From NCBI RefSeq assembly GCF_963921235.1, contig NC_086108.1, positions 17,360,001 to 17,424,000 on the forward strand: a stretch of 64,000 bases of DNA, in the 5' to 3' direction. The notes beneath the pieces are model-generated. The model was given only the letters and a program-made list of their open reading frames with translations, made no database searches and had not been told where the DNA came from. Numbering within the stretch: the stretch's first letter is position 1; the number at the start of each line of letters is the position of its first letter. The position numbers and the translations under genes are program-made. Below, piece by piece: positions 63,525 through 64,000 of the stretch. The DNA comes from Mobula hypostoma (lineage: Eukaryota).

Positions 63525-63740
63525 GAAACACACATAAAAGTTGCTGGTGAACGTAGCAGGCCAGGCAGCATCTCTAGGAAGAGGTACAGTTGACGTTTCG
63601 GGCTGAGACCCTTCGTCAGGACTAACTGAGAGAAGAGCTAGTAAGAGATTTGAAAGTGGGAGAGGGAGGGGAGATCTGAAATGATAGGAGAAGACAGGAG
63701 GGGGAGGGATGGAGCCAAGAGCTGGACAGTTGATTGGCAA
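63525..63740 (-). mobile_element. Penelope pLTR fragment with hammerhead motif (63587-63624), interrupted by a CR1
   Basis: Minus strand UAGUC-CUGACGA-AGGGUCUCAGCCC-GAAA-C-GUC-AACUG (core intact, one stem I mismatch). Confidence 0.85.
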
Positions 63741-64000
63741 CATAGAAACATAGAAAATAGGTACAGGAGTAGGCCATTCGGCCCTTCGAGCCTGCACCGC
63801 CATTCAGTATGATCATGGCTGATCATCCAACTCAAAACCCTGTACCAGCCTTCCCTCCATACCCCCTGATCCCTTTAGCCACAAGGGCCATATCTAACTC
63901 CCTCTTAAATATAGCCAATGAACTGGCCTCAACTGTTTCCTGTGGCAGAGAATTCCACAGATTCACCACTCTCTGTGTGAAGAAGTTTTTCCTAATCTCG
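63739..64000 (-). mobile_element. CR1 3' end, continues beyond the window
   Basis: (CATAGAAA)n tail; AGGCCATTCGGCCCTTCGAG; reverse of FFTQRVVNLWNSLP. Confidence 0.88.

Overview
Vertebrate nuclear DNA, most likely a cartilaginous fish (inferred from dense CR1, Neptune-type Penelope, Rex1, V-SINE and Gmr1-like content). Two host genes are divergently oriented. An ASB12-like gene on the minus strand contributes one large ankyrin-repeat exon (11224-10390); its SOCS-box exon was not found in the window. MRPS14 is complete on the plus strand (3 exons, 133 aa, CpG-rich promoter near 30.8 kb). Most of the rest is decayed, heavily nested transposable elements: many CR1 LINEs, Rex1/Babar, RTE, a Nimb/I-type LINE, Penelope-like elements, a Tc1-like end, three solo LTRs and a two-LTR Gmr1-like element with SCAN-domain gag and a deleted pol. 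Highlights: (1) a ~5.7-kb, ~27-bp minisatellite that appears to have arisen in place from the RT motif 'VLSPLLYSLYT' of the adjacent Rex1 LINE; (2) five minimal hammerhead ribozyme motifs in Penelope pseudo-LTRs; (3) a structured, partly HDV/CPEB3-like RNA candidate in a non-autonomous retroelement upstream of MRPS14; (4) reconstructable nested insertions, with two solo LTRs landing in earlier target-site duplications (TSDs). TE boundaries are approximate unless a TSD is quoted.
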